A stretch of DNA of 64,000 nucleotides from Candidatus Iainarchaeum sp. (GTDB taxonomy: Archaea > Iainarchaeota > Iainarchaeia > Iainarchaeales > 1-14-0-10-31-34), in the NCBI GenBank assembly GCA_040755695.1, contig JBFMAK010000001.1, positions 384,637 to 448,636 of the forward strand, written 5' to 3'. Of the stretch, positions 17,628 to 26,855 are shown one piece after another. A program made the position numbers and the translations under genes. The notes under the pieces are model-generated. The model saw only the letters and a program-made list of their open reading frames with translations, was not told the origin of the DNA and made no database searches. Positions within the stretch are counted from its first letter, which is position 1. Each line of letters begins with the position of its first letter.

Positions 17628-18941
17628 ATGAAGGTTCTTTCAATAATTTTGTTTCTGTGTTTCATGCTGGGCCTTGCGGGAGCCATCTCCTCCCAGGAGG
17701 CAAAGGATTTCCTTACAAGCGAAAGCCATTTCCTGGAGGAAGGGCAGAGCATTGAAATCCTGCCCAATTTTCCAGTGCAATACAATAAAGAGAAGTTCTG
17801 GGTTGCAGTCATAATTACAGAAGAGAGCCCTAGCGGCTTCCTTGCAGTGAAATACTCTGCAAAAGAGATTTCGCTTAATAAGACAGCAAACACAGAATTA
17901 TTCAAGACAGTCTATGTTTTAAGGTCACTGAAAGACTACAAGGAAAAAAATTCTGCTGTCTGGGTTTTTGCGAGCTCAAACAAGACCTTCTTCCAGACCC
18001 TCAATTCTGTCACCTCAGGCTCAGGTTCAGTTTATTATACTCTGGGAAACATTTCAGACGAATTAAATACTTCTGATGCCAGAACCCTCACAAACGAAAT
18101 GAGTGCAATCCTCTCCGAGATGAGCTCAAGGGCTTTCACCTTAGAAGAAAAAACAGACGAAATAATCAAGGTAGAAAACGATTTTGTTAATTCAACCAAT
18201 ACAAGCCAAACAAATGCATTGAAAGAAAAATATGATGAATTCTTTCCCTTGCTTGAAGAAATAAACAGCTTAAGGCAGGACTACGAAAACAAGACTGTTG
18301 AGTTAAAGACCTTAATCTCCAAATCAGACAAGACGGCAGGAGAAAAACAGCAGTTGATTGCGCTGGCGAGTTCTCCTCAGGAATTCCAGAAACTTGACTC
18401 AATAGCAAAAAATTCTTCTGACTTGTATCAAGGCATCCAGTCCATTTACGCTAAAGCCATTTCAAATGTCTCGACATGGGTTGACAACGTTGACTCAATG
18501 AAGAAAAGGAATGATGCCTACAACCTGCTTTACTCTGATGACCCTGATTTGTACAAGAAAACAAAAAACTATTTCTCCAAGCTTAACGATTTAGTGAAGT
18601 TTATTCTGGATGAAAACAACAAGCCTTACTGGAAAGAATATGAAAAAATTGACTCAATGCAGTCCAACTGGAATAAGGCAGAATTGAACTTCAAGCAGAA
18701 AAAATACGAGAACGTGCAAACTTATGCCTTGAAGGCAAAGAATGACGCAGTAACCATATTCCAGGGAGGCTTTGTGCAGCAGGGAAGCGACATGCAAAAT
18801 CTGATTATTTACATTGCGGTAGGATTAATTGTACTGCTTGTTGCGCTCATGCTCTTCAAGAACAGGAACAAGCTCTTCCCGTCTCCAACGCAAGCGCAAA
18901 AAGAACAGGAAATAATCCCTTACGGCTGGCAGAAAAGCTGA
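17628..18941 (+). CDS. hypothetical secreted protein with N-terminal signal peptide and C-terminal TM anchor
   Basis: N-terminus MKVLSIILFLCFMLGLAGA. C-terminus LIIYIAVGLIVLLVALMLF followed by basic residues. Confidence 0.45.
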   Translation: MKVLSIILFLCFMLGLAGAISSQEAKDFLTSESHFLEEGQSIEILPNFPVQYNKEKFWVAVIITEESPSGFLAVKYSAKEISLNKTANTELFKTVYVLRSLKDYKEKNSAVWVFASSNKTFFQTLNSVTSGSGSVYYTLGNISDELNTSDARTLTNEMSAILSEMSSRAFTLEEKTDEIIKVENDFVNSTNTSQTNALKEKYDEFFPLLEEINSLRQDYENKTVELKTLISKSDKTAGEKQQLIALASSPQEFQKLDSIAKNSSDLYQGIQSIYAKAISNVSTWVDNVDSMKKRNDAYNLLYSDDPDLYKKTKNYFSKLNDLVKFILDENNKPYWKEYEKIDSMQSNWNKAELNFKQKKYENVQTYALKAKNDAVTIFQGGFVQQGSDMQNLIIYIAVGLIVLLVALMLFKNRNKLFPSPTQAQKEQEIIPYGWQKS

Positions 18942-18958
18942 GAATTAGAATCTTTAAT

Positions 18959-20101
18959 TCACGAGTAGATTTCTATTATGTCCCTGTCTTTAAGAACATA
19001 GTCTTTGCTGACCCTCTGGCCTGAGAATTTGCTTGAGCCCCATAATTTCACATACCTTAAATTCTGGGCGAGCTCTTTGTGCAACCTTTTCGCGACAACT
19101 TCAACAGTAGAATTTTTTTCCAGTACCAAAGGGTCCTTGAAGTCTGCTGGCTGCCCAGGCTTTTTTGTGAAAACAATTATTTTGTCTAAAAGCAGGAAAA
19201 TCTTTTCTTTTAATTTGCCTAATTCTTTTTCGTTGAAGAAAAGGAAATCAATTTTTTTTCCCTCCAGGTCAAGCAATTGCAATGGCTTTTCTTTTTCTGC
19301 TTTAGAGATTACTGCAAGAAGCTTCTTGTACACGTTCCTTGAATCCAGAACCTCAGCAACTTTCTTTAAATCAGCCCCTTCCCCTAAGGAAATGCTTGCA
19401 TTGGCATAGCCTGCATCTCTGAGAAATAACTTTAATTGCTCTTTAGGAACTCTAAGGAAGTTTTCTCCTGAAATGCTCAAGCCAAAGAATTCCGAGTGCT
19501 TCACCTCAATCAATGGTCTTTCCCTGTTCACTTTAATGAAGGCTTTGTCCAATTCACTGAGAAGCAAATTCAATTGCTCTAATGCATTCCTTTCTTCTAA
19601 AACAAAGACAATTGCGTCAGCATTCCTTACAGCAGAAAGGATAAGGTTTCCATTGGCTTTTCCTTCAGAAGAGCCTTCAACCAATGCAGGCATTTCAACT
19701 AATTGAACTCTTGCGCCAGAGAAATCCATTACCCCAACCTGAGGCTCTTTTGTGGTGAAAGCATAAGGTGCAATTTCAACCTGAACATTAGTGAGCTTGT
19801 TCAAAAGAAAGCTTTTACCTGAATTCGGGACTCCAAGCAGTGCAACCTGGCCTGCACCCTCTTTTTTTACGTTGAAAGAAATTCCCGATCCTTTCTTTGC
19901 TTTTACGCGCTGCTGCTTTTCAATGTCCTTTTTTGTGAGGGCAATCTTCTTGCTTATTTCAGCCCTTAATTTTTCTCCGCCTTTATGGGAGGGAGCAAAA
20001 GAACGCATCTCCTGTAGTGCAGCTAACTTCTCTAATGGGCTTCTTGCCTCCTCGAATTTCCTTTTGGCTCTCTCGAATTCAACTGAAACATTTGCAGGCA
20101 T
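18959..20101 (-). CDS. GTP-binding protein, DRG/Obg family with C-terminal TGS domain
   Basis: G1 motif GVPNSGKSFLLNKLT. C-terminal TGS-like segment ...VLKDRDIIEIYS. Confidence 0.65.
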   Translation of the reverse strand: MPANVSVEFERAKRKFEEARSPLEKLAALQEMRSFAPSHKGGEKLRAEISKKIALTKKDIEKQQRVKAKKGSGISFNVKKEGAGQVALLGVPNSGKSFLLNKLTNVQVEIAPYAFTTKEPQVGVMDFSGARVQLVEMPALVEGSSEGKANGNLILSAVRNADAIVFVLEERNALEQLNLLLSELDKAFIKVNRERPLIEVKHSEFFGLSISGENFLRVPKEQLKLFLRDAGYANASISLGEGADLKKVAEVLDSRNVYKKLLAVISKAEKEKPLQLLDLEGKKIDFLFFNEKELGKLKEKIFLLLDKIIVFTKKPGQPADFKDPLVLEKNSTVEVVAKRLHKELAQNLRYVKLWGSSKFSGQRVSKDYVLKDRDIIEIYS

Positions 20102-20108
20102 AAGAAAA

Positions 20109-21161
20109 CTAATTAAAGGAAGGAGTTAAAATTTTTCCCTTGCAGTAACGCATTCTGCTACTACAGGAATCAGGCAGGCCTGCATAATAAAACATTGAAG
20201 GCATCAGGTCAAAGGTGTTTGCACTTGTTTCAATTGCCCCAAAATCTTTTCCGTCGTAAATAATTAAGGGGATATCCATTACTTCAGGACTCAAAGAATA
20301 AGGGGGCTCTGCATGATGACCTTTGCATTCAGGGCACTCAAAAGCCATTCCGTGGTCTGCAGTAAAAGCAGCAACCAATCCATTTGAATCAAGGACTGTT
20401 TGGATTAACTGGCCTGAATCCTTGTCCAAAATGGAAATGCATTGAGTGAAGGCAGTTTCATTGAAGTCATGGCCACAGAAATCGTTTCCCTTAATATTGC
20501 TGAACAAAAGAAACTTTCTTCCATTTAATTCTTCCTCAAAAAATTTTATCAGGGCATTATCAACATCAATAATATATTTAGAGTAAAAAGCATATTTTTG
20601 AATTCCGCTTTCGCTCCTGTATTCTCCTGTTTTATTCTCCCATCCCTCAAAGAAATCCTTCAACAGGCTTGTGTCTTCATTGAATGAATTTACTTCAATT
20701 CGGAAATCAAAAAAGCCTGAATCATAGAAAGCAATGTCGAATTCGCTTCTTGCCTGCTTGAAGTCTCCTGCCTCTGAAGCCATGACGCACAGCATTCCGT
20801 GCAGTCTGGCGTAATCGCACAAGCTTGTCATCCCTGCATTGTCAACGCAGTTTTGGGCTTTCCCTGCATTCCCGCAGTCGCCTGCAATGTACATGATAGA
20901 ATGGCTTTCTGTGGTTGAAGGGATTACTGGATGAAAGGATTCTGCAGTCAAAGATTTTTCTGATAATTTTTCCAAGTTTGGTGTAATAGATTTTGTGATT
21001 TTGGATGCTGGGGTTCCGTCCAAGACAAAGACTGCAATGCTTTTCTGCGCTGGAATTCCATTGTAAGAGTTCTGTGAAACTGATGGAATCAAAATCCAGA
21101 GAACAAAAAAAATTAGAACAAAAAAAATCAGTACTGAAACAAAAATTCTGCTTAATTTCAT
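20109..21161 (-). CDS. membrane-anchored alkaline-phosphatase-superfamily metalloenzyme (phosphoglycerate mutase/sulfatase-like)
   Basis: N-terminal TM helix. Motifs VLDGTP and TADHGM are typical of the AlkP-like metalloenzyme fold. Confidence 0.45.
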   Translation of the reverse strand: MKLSRIFVSVLIFFVLIFFVLWILIPSVSQNSYNGIPAQKSIAVFVLDGTPASKITKSITPNLEKLSEKSLTAESFHPVIPSTTESHSIMYIAGDCGNAGKAQNCVDNAGMTSLCDYARLHGMLCVMASEAGDFKQARSEFDIAFYDSGFFDFRIEVNSFNEDTSLLKDFFEGWENKTGEYRSESGIQKYAFYSKYIIDVDNALIKFFEEELNGRKFLLFSNIKGNDFCGHDFNETAFTQCISILDKDSGQLIQTVLDSNGLVAAFTADHGMAFECPECKGHHAEPPYSLSPEVMDIPLIIYDGKDFGAIETSANTFDLMPSMFYYAGLPDSCSSRMRYCKGKILTPSFN

Positions 21162-21167
21162 TCAAAA

Positions 21168-22184
21168 TCATTCTTGCTTGCAGGCGTCAAGGCCTGGGTG
21201 CAACATGCATATTGCAGTTTTAAGGTTTTCATATCCAACCAACACATACTTGCAGTCAATTACAAAGGCTGGAGCATACTCCAGCCAGTAAGATTCTGCT
21301 ACCTTGTTGTCTTCTTCTATAATGCTTAAAGTATTGGCATCATCCAGGCATTGCTCGAAAGCTGCCTGCTGGTCAAAAGTAAGCTGGAGGCCTAAGCCTC
21401 CTTGCACGAAAGTCCACCTGTCATCAAACAAATTCATCTTGTTTGCATCAATATTGCCATTGGCGTCAGAGAAAATTTGCTTGTACAAGTATTGCTGGTA
21501 ATCATTGAATTCTAATTGGCCTTGAAGCCTAACGCACTCTGCTGCAATTTGTGCATACAGGGAGTACTGCCCCATTAAACTGAAGTTCTTGAATTTGTAC
21601 TGCAATTGTGGAGTGAATTTTCTTTTTAATTGGTCTACTGCGTCCAATGACTTCCAGCAGGGATAACAGTAATAGTCTGCGAACTCTTCCACTTTCACTT
21701 TATTTTGGTCTGCACTGCATTTTGCTTCAAAGAACATCAAGTTTTTTGGCTTGCTGTCCAAGTAGCTTTCAGGCACAACGTAAAAACCATTCACTAAAGC
21801 ATAGTTCTGCCTCATTAAAGGGCTTATTGCCGCATAGCTCCTTATTGTTTTTTCTTCTACTAATGCAGAAGGAACCATGAATAAATTGAAGTCTGAAATA
21901 TAATGCTTGTTCTCCTCTTTTGAGAGGTCAATCAATTCTTCTTCAAAGTCAACCTTTTTTACAGTGAAGGACCTTTTAATTGAATTCTCTGTGTCGCAGA
22001 AAGGGCATTCAGAAGCATAAAAGAGAATCAATTTCACTTTAGGCAAAGGCTCAATTACTGGCCCTGTTTGAGAGTTCTCATTCATAAGTGAAATAAGCTT
22101 GAATCCTGCAAAACCTAAAGCAATGCCTAATATGACAATCAGCGCAATTACATATGGAGGGAAACCAAGCTTTTTTTTTGCCAT
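21168..22184 (-). CDS. membrane-anchored thiol-disulfide oxidoreductase with two thioredoxin-like CxxC motifs
   Basis: N-terminal TM helix. CPFC at about residue 60 and CYPC at about residue 175. Confidence 0.45.
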   Translation of the reverse strand: MAKKKLGFPPYVIALIVILGIALGFAGFKLISLMNENSQTGPVIEPLPKVKLILFYASECPFCDTENSIKRSFTVKKVDFEEELIDLSKEENKHYISDFNLFMVPSALVEEKTIRSYAAISPLMRQNYALVNGFYVVPESYLDSKPKNLMFFEAKCSADQNKVKVEEFADYYCYPCWKSLDAVDQLKRKFTPQLQYKFKNFSLMGQYSLYAQIAAECVRLQGQLEFNDYQQYLYKQIFSDANGNIDANKMNLFDDRWTFVQGGLGLQLTFDQQAAFEQCLDDANTLSIIEEDNKVAESYWLEYAPAFVIDCKYVLVGYENLKTAICMLHPGLDACKQE

Positions 22185-22287
22185 TCATGCCACCGTTCAT
22201 TAATTAAGATTTTTGCCTCAAAATGGTTTAAAAACCTTTTCGGTTTTTAAATTTTTAAAAAATAAAATATTTTTTAAATTGATTTAA

Positions 22288-23031
22288 ATGCTTATTGACG
22301 CTCACTGCCATTTATACGAATTTTCTGATGCAGAAAAAATAATAAAGGAAGCTGAATTGAAAGGCGTCAAACTAATTATATCTAATTCAGTTGACTTGAA
22401 TTCAATGAAAAAGAATCTGGAACTCCAGAAAAGCTTTCCTTCAGTGAAAGCATGCCTTGGCCTGCATCCCTCAAACATTCTGGGAATGAAAGAAAAAGAA
22501 ATAGAGGAATCAGTCCAATTCATTGAAGGCCATGCAAGAGAATGCATTGGAATAGGAGAAACAGGCCTTGACTTCAAGCACGCAACAACAAGAGAACAGA
22601 AAGAATTCCAGAAAAAAGTTTTTGGTGAAATGCTTTCAATTGCACAGAAAGAGGGGAAGGCAGTTGAAGTGCATTCAAGGGAAGCACAAAATGAAGCAAT
22701 TGAAATGCTGAAGGAAAGAAAACAGGAGAAAGTCTTGTTGCACTGGCTTTCAGGCGGAAAAGAAGTATTCGAAAAGGCAATTGAATGCAATTACTTCATT
22801 TCTTTTGGCCCCAGCGTGCTCTACTATTCTTCAACCCAAAAGATGGCAGGGCTTACGCCATTAGAATTAATATTGCTTGAAACAGATGCACCAGTAGAAT
22901 TCAATGGAATTAAAGCAGAGCCTTCAGTGGTGAAAAAAGTTGCAGTAAAGATTGCAGAAATAAAAGGGCTTTCCTTTGAAGAGGTTGAAAGGGCAACATA
23001 TTTAAATGCAAGGAAGCTTTTCAATTTATAA
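22288..23031 (+). CDS. tatD: TatD-family metal-dependent deoxyribonuclease/hydrolase
   Basis: MLIDAHCHL N-terminus and a GETGLD-like motif. 247 aa. Confidence 0.8.
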   Translation: MLIDAHCHLYEFSDAEKIIKEAELKGVKLIISNSVDLNSMKKNLELQKSFPSVKACLGLHPSNILGMKEKEIEESVQFIEGHARECIGIGETGLDFKHATTREQKEFQKKVFGEMLSIAQKEGKAVEVHSREAQNEAIEMLKERKQEKVLLHWLSGGKEVFEKAIECNYFISFGPSVLYYSSTQKMAGLTPLELILLETDAPVEFNGIKAEPSVVKKVAVKIAEIKGLSFEEVERATYLNARKLFNL

Positions 23032-23067
23032 ATTTTTTTAAACATAATTTAGTGTGGTGGAAGGAAA

Positions 23068-23601
23068 ATGGTTGCAGTTGAATTAATTGTATTGGTAGTA
23101 GGCCTTGCAGTAGGCAACGGCCTTCTTTTCTTTACTCAGCCAAAAGGCTACAGCTTCAAGGAACTAGAAAAGATAAGAGCTCAAATAAACGAGGACTCAA
23201 TGATGAGAAATGGAATCCAGAAAAGCAGTTTATACTACGATGATGTTTATGCCCTTCAATCCAGCGTCAGGGCAGCAGGCCATAAAATTGAAATGGCGCA
23301 CAGCAGGCTTGGGGAAGTAGAGAAAGCATTAAAGAACTTGAATTACGGAATGATGGAATTAAGCAAGAAAATTGAAGCAAAAGAAAAAGAGCTGAAGATC
23401 CCTTACGAAATAGAAGAGAAAATAAAGAGATTAGACGAATTCAGGAGAGATACAAGAATTGAGATACAGGCATTAAAAGATGCATTGGAAGAAATAAAGC
23501 CTAAAAGCAAAGGACAGCAGGAAAAAAAGAAGAAAGAAAAAAAAGAATTAAGGAAGTTAAACAAAAGAATCCACGAGATAGTCTTCCACAAGGGAAGCTG
23601 A
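23068..23601 (+). CDS. hypothetical coiled-coil protein with N-terminal TM helix
   Basis: 177 aa with a charged heptad-like C-terminus. Confidence 0.35.
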   Translation: MVAVELIVLVVGLAVGNGLLFFTQPKGYSFKELEKIRAQINEDSMMRNGIQKSSLYYDDVYALQSSVRAAGHKIEMAHSRLGEVEKALKNLNYGMMELSKKIEAKEKELKIPYEIEEKIKRLDEFRRDTRIEIQALKDALEEIKPKSKGQQEKKKKEKKELRKLNKRIHEIVFHKGS

Positions 23602-23632
23602 AGTTTTTATTTTTAGGGAAAAAGATAAAAAA

Positions 23633-24094
23633 ATGAAAAAGAAATTATTAGGTTTGGTTACTGTTGCAATTATTTTGTTGTTCTTTTCCTCTAAGTTTTA
23701 TGCACTTCTTGATTCAACTGAATCAGAGTTTATAGAATCATTCAAATGTGGCGATGCAAATGGCGATGGCGTGGTGTCAGTAACAGATATTGTTTGGCTG
23801 GTAAATTTTTTGTTTAAGGGCGGCACTGCCCCAGTGGATATGGATGGAGCAGATGCAAATAATGATGGAAAGGTGTCAGTAACAGATATTGTTTGGCTGG
23901 TAAATTTTTTGTTTAAGGGAGGTCCAACCCCAAACTGTGGTCCTGAGCCCCAGCCTAAAATAATTAGTCCTTCAAATTATGAAATAATTGGTGGTCCTGC
24001 TCTGGTTTCTGTGATAGATGACTCAAATCTTTCTCCTTCAAAAATAAAAAAAATGAAGTTAGAATATTCTTATGATAATGTTAATTGGACTTAA
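23633..24094 (+). CDS. secreted protein with two dockerin type-I repeats
   Basis: Signal peptide followed by GDANGDGVVSVTDIVWLVNFLFKGG and ADANNDGKVSVTDIVWLVNFLFKGG (DxNxDGxxxxxD Ca-binding loops). The two repeats are about 95% identical at DNA level. Confidence 0.55.
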   Translation: MKKKLLGLVTVAIILLFFSSKFYALLDSTESEFIESFKCGDANGDGVVSVTDIVWLVNFLFKGGTAPVDMDGADANNDGKVSVTDIVWLVNFLFKGGPTPNCGPEPQPKIISPSNYEIIGGPALVSVIDDSNLSPSKIKKMKLEYSYDNVNWT

Positions 24095-25087
24095 ATAGCA
24101 GAGTATGGTGCCGCAGGAAGCAGTGCCTGGGATACAATATTTGATACTTCAATTATATCTTCTGGTCCTCTTTATGTTAAGACAACAGAATACTCTTATT
24201 CTGGAACAGTGTCCAATACCGTTCAAGTGACAGTAAACAAACTGCCAGTAGCTCACGCTACAACAATGTACAACCCTTATAATAATGAATGGTTTTTTGA
24301 CGCAGGCACTTCATATGATTCTGACGGCTCAATTACAGGCTATGAATGGGATTTTGGCGACGGCAATACAGGCACTGGGTCAATAGCATCACACAAGTAT
24401 TCTCCGCCCGGATTTTATAATGCGAGTTTGACTGTTACTGATGATTTGGGTTTTAATGGAACTTATTTTTTTGTTCCGGGCTACGATGCTAACTGCGGCT
24501 GCAAGAAAATGACAATAAGAAGCACAGGAGAATTTGACAGAAATGATTACAAGTTAGAAAAAACACTTATAAAGAATAATATTTCGTCAGACTATAATAA
24601 GCTTGGTGGCTTTGATGACATTAATTGGCTTGATTCAAAAAAAATATTTTTTATTGGAACCTTTTTTGAGGTTCAAGCAGAACTAACTGATAATACAACT
24701 GACCCAAAGCTCTGCGATGAACGGCAGAAAACAAAAGCTACACGTCATTACAAAAACAAAGACTTTAACTACGAGTTTTTGGGCGTAAAGTGTGGTTTCC
24801 TTTCACCTAATTGGTGTAATGACGATTACATGGAAAAAAATGACACTTACAAGAAAAAGCATTATCCAAAATTAATTAAATGGATTGACGCCCCAGGCAC
24901 TAGATTAAGGAAGGGCGACATGAATGTTGATGGATATACCCACAAATCAAAATTCTGGGCTGTAGTAGAAGGGTCAGCAGGAAAATGCGAGTGCTTTTTT
25001 GAACAAGAAGCAATTTATAATGTAAACGGAATCAAAATCTCAAATACAATAAAAAATTTCAATGGAACAAATTGTTTTGCAGGCTAA
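24095..25087 (+). CDS. PKD-domain protein; in the same frame as the upstream dockerin gene, separated only by one TAA
   Basis: WDFGDGNTGTGSIASHKYSPPGFYNASLTVTDDLG matches the PKD consensus. The frame is open from 24095. The first canonical start is GTG at 24209. Confidence 0.45.
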   Translation: MAEYGAAGSSAWDTIFDTSIISSGPLYVKTTEYSYSGTVSNTVQVTVNKLPVAHATTMYNPYNNEWFFDAGTSYDSDGSITGYEWDFGDGNTGTGSIASHKYSPPGFYNASLTVTDDLGFNGTYFFVPGYDANCGCKKMTIRSTGEFDRNDYKLEKTLIKNNISSDYNKLGGFDDINWLDSKKIFFIGTFFEVQAELTDNTTDPKLCDERQKTKATRHYKNKDFNYEFLGVKCGFLSPNWCNDDYMEKNDTYKKKHYPKLIKWIDAPGTRLRKGDMNVDGYTHKSKFWAVVEGSAGKCECFFEQEAIYNVNGIKISNTIKNFNGTNCFAG

Positions 25088-25127
25088 AAAAATAATTTAT
25101 TAATTTGATCGAATCACTTTTTTTCTT

Positions 25128-25649
25128 ATGAAGACTTATTCAATGAAAGTGCCGTGCCCTGTCTGTTCTGGAAATGCCTTGATGACTTATTCTTTTCATT
25201 CAGTCCCCCATTACGGTAAAACCCTGTTCTCTAATCTGCACTGCAGGAAATGCAACTTCAATTTGAATGACGTGCAAAGCGCTCAAGCAAGAAAGCCTGC
25301 GAAATATGAAATAAAGATTGATTCAAAAAAAGATTTAAGGACAAAAATTGTGAGGTCAAGCTCTTCCCTTCTTAAAATAAAAGAATTGGGCATTGAAGTA
25401 AAGCCAGGGCCTTACAGCGAAGGCTATATCACCAACATTGAAGGCGTCCTTGAAAGAGTGCAGGAAGCCTTATCCTCCCTTGCAGGCCTTGAAGGCCAGA
25501 AAACCCAGAAACAAAAAGTAAACAAAATGCTCGAAAAAATAAGCAAAGCCAAAAACGCAGAAATAAAATTCACAGTAGAATTAATTGACCTTCAGGGCAA
25601 CGGAGCCATACCCGGAAAAAAAGCAGTAAAAAAAGAATTAAAGAAATAA
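25128..25649 (+). CDS. ZPR1-type zinc-finger protein
   Basis: CPVCSGN...(17 aa)...CRKCNF arrangement. Length and downstream hydrophobic pattern fit archaeal ZPR1-like proteins. Confidence 0.5.
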   Translation: MKTYSMKVPCPVCSGNALMTYSFHSVPHYGKTLFSNLHCRKCNFNLNDVQSAQARKPAKYEIKIDSKKDLRTKIVRSSSSLLKIKELGIEVKPGPYSEGYITNIEGVLERVQEALSSLAGLEGQKTQKQKVNKMLEKISKAKNAEIKFTVELIDLQGNGAIPGKKAVKKELKK

Positions 25650-25650
25650 T

Positions 25651-26337
25651 TTATTTCTCTTTCACGTTCCAGCTCTTCCTGTGCTCTCTGTCTTTGGATT
25701 CTTCTCGGGCCAGCTTTGCAATAACGCTTGCAGCGCCTATTACTGGCTCTAAGTCGTCGCCTTTCACTATGAATTCAACGTGCTTTAATGTCCCATTCAG
25801 TCTGCTGCCGTCAGCCTTAACCTTTGCCTTTACCCCTAATTCATCAAAGAGCAGTACAAGATTGTTTATTATTCTGACTTCAATTTCATTCAAGTTCAGT
25901 CCATTATTCCTTAACTGGTCTATGAGCCGGGAATTCAAAGAAACAGTTGCTACTGCAAGGGCGTTCCCTGAAACAATTTCAGCTTTCTCTTTTAGGTTGC
26001 CTGTCTTCTTGCTGTCCCTCAACTCTCTTAACTTATTGCTGTCGCCCAAAACAAAGCTTACAACAAAAGAGCCAAAGCTTTCCCCTCTTCCAGCCTCATC
26101 AATGCCTAAAACCAGTTCTTCTTCCAAACCCATCCTCTGCAAGATTTCCTCAGTGACCTTCTTGCAGTCATTGCCCTGTACTACAAGCTTTCCTGAAGAG
26201 TACAAGGTTACAGTGCAATTGCCTGCCTTGCACCTCAATTCCTCGAAGGCATTCTTTGTCTCCACCTGAGGGAATTCCCTGAGGATTTCAATCAATTGCC
26301 TTTTCTGCTTTGAACCAAAGTTAAGAACCTTCTCCAT
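25651..26337 (-). CDS. rnhB: ribonuclease HII-family protein with ~75-aa N-terminal extension
   Basis: GIDEAGRG catalytic motif, DSK, and GDD...VIGAASVIAK C-terminal motif. Confidence 0.55.
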   Translation of the reverse strand: MEKVLNFGSKQKRQLIEILREFPQVETKNAFEELRCKAGNCTVTLYSSGKLVVQGNDCKKVTEEILQRMGLEEELVLGIDEAGRGESFGSFVVSFVLGDSNKLRELRDSKKTGNLKEKAEIVSGNALAVATVSLNSRLIDQLRNNGLNLNEIEVRIINNLVLLFDELGVKAKVKADGSRLNGTLKHVEFIVKGDDLEPVIGAASVIAKLAREESKDREHRKSWNVKEK

Positions 26338-26364
26338 ATCAGAACCTGCGGTTCCGATACCTCC
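26338..26364 (-). promoter_or_regulatory. Conserved hairpin motif GGAGGTATCGGAACC-GCA-GGTTCTGAT (copy 3 of 3), abutting the rnhB start codon
   Basis: The minus-strand sequence reads ...GGGAGGTATCGGAACCGCAGGTTCTGAT-ATG. A degenerate partial copy (GGAGGCTCGGAACCATACTTCC) lies about 17 nt further upstream at 26381..26403. Confidence 0.5.
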
Positions 26365-26480
26365 CTTAATTTTATTTTATGGGAAGTATGGTTCCGAGCC
26401 TCCTTTTTCCATTTTAATAGCATATTTATTATTAAAGAAAATGGTTATATATTGTACTGAAAAAAAAATTAATTCTTTAG

Positions 26481-26663
26481 GTGGAGGAAAAAATTTTTAT
26501 GACGAACTGCAAGATATGCTCTGTAACCTTTAAAGACAATCCTGACAAGATAGTGCTCTGCGAAAACTACAAGGGGGCAGTCCATTTAGGCTGCTGCTGC
26601 GACAGGTGCAGCTGGGACCGCAAGCCCTGCTACCATGCATTAGGGGTCTACAAGAAAGAATAA
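26481..26663 (+). CDS. small Cys-rich hypothetical protein (possible zinc ribbon)
   Basis: 60 aa with 8 Cys (CKIC...C...CCCDRC). Weak support. Confidence 0.2.
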   Translation: MEEKIFMTNCKICSVTFKDNPDKIVLCENYKGAVHLGCCCDRCSWDRKPCYHALGVYKKE

Positions 26664-26690
26664 AAGCAATCAAAGGGAAACCAGGAAACT

Positions 26691-26834
26691 ATGGAGCAAA
26701 AAGCGCAAGGCGCATTAGAATACCTGCTTTTATTAGGCTCTGCAGTGCTCATAGCAGCAGTTGTTGTAGTAGTATTAACGCAATTGACTGACTTAACAAA
26801 AGGCAAGGCACAAAACCCCTCCCAAACGCACTAA
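26691..26834 (+). CDS. short archaeal pilin-like protein with class III (type IV pilin-like) signal peptide
   Basis: MEQKAQG|ALEYLLLLGSAVLIAAVVVVL is a classic DUF361/class-III signal (KxQG then A/EY hydrophobic). 47 aa. Not in the ORF track because it is under 60 aa. Confidence 0.45.
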   Translation: MEQKAQGALEYLLLLGSAVLIAAVVVVVLTQLTDLTKGKAQNPSQTH

Positions 26835-26855
26835 ACCCTTAATTTAATTCTTGAT

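Noticed and set aside
24092-24094. In-frame TAA as evidence of stop-codon reassignment
   Set aside because: TAA clearly terminates well-supported genes here (e.g. proS, thermosome), so a nonsense mutation, sequencing error or readthrough is more likely than recoding.
24654-24680. Additional GGAACC...GGTTC palindrome resembling the conserved hairpin motif
   Set aside because: It lies inside the PKD-protein coding sequence and lacks the flanking GGAGGTATC and CTGAT parts, so it is probably coincidental.
26481-26663. Cys-rich 60-aa ORF as a confident zinc-ribbon gene
   Set aside because: No recognisable family. It is kept only as a low-confidence feature.
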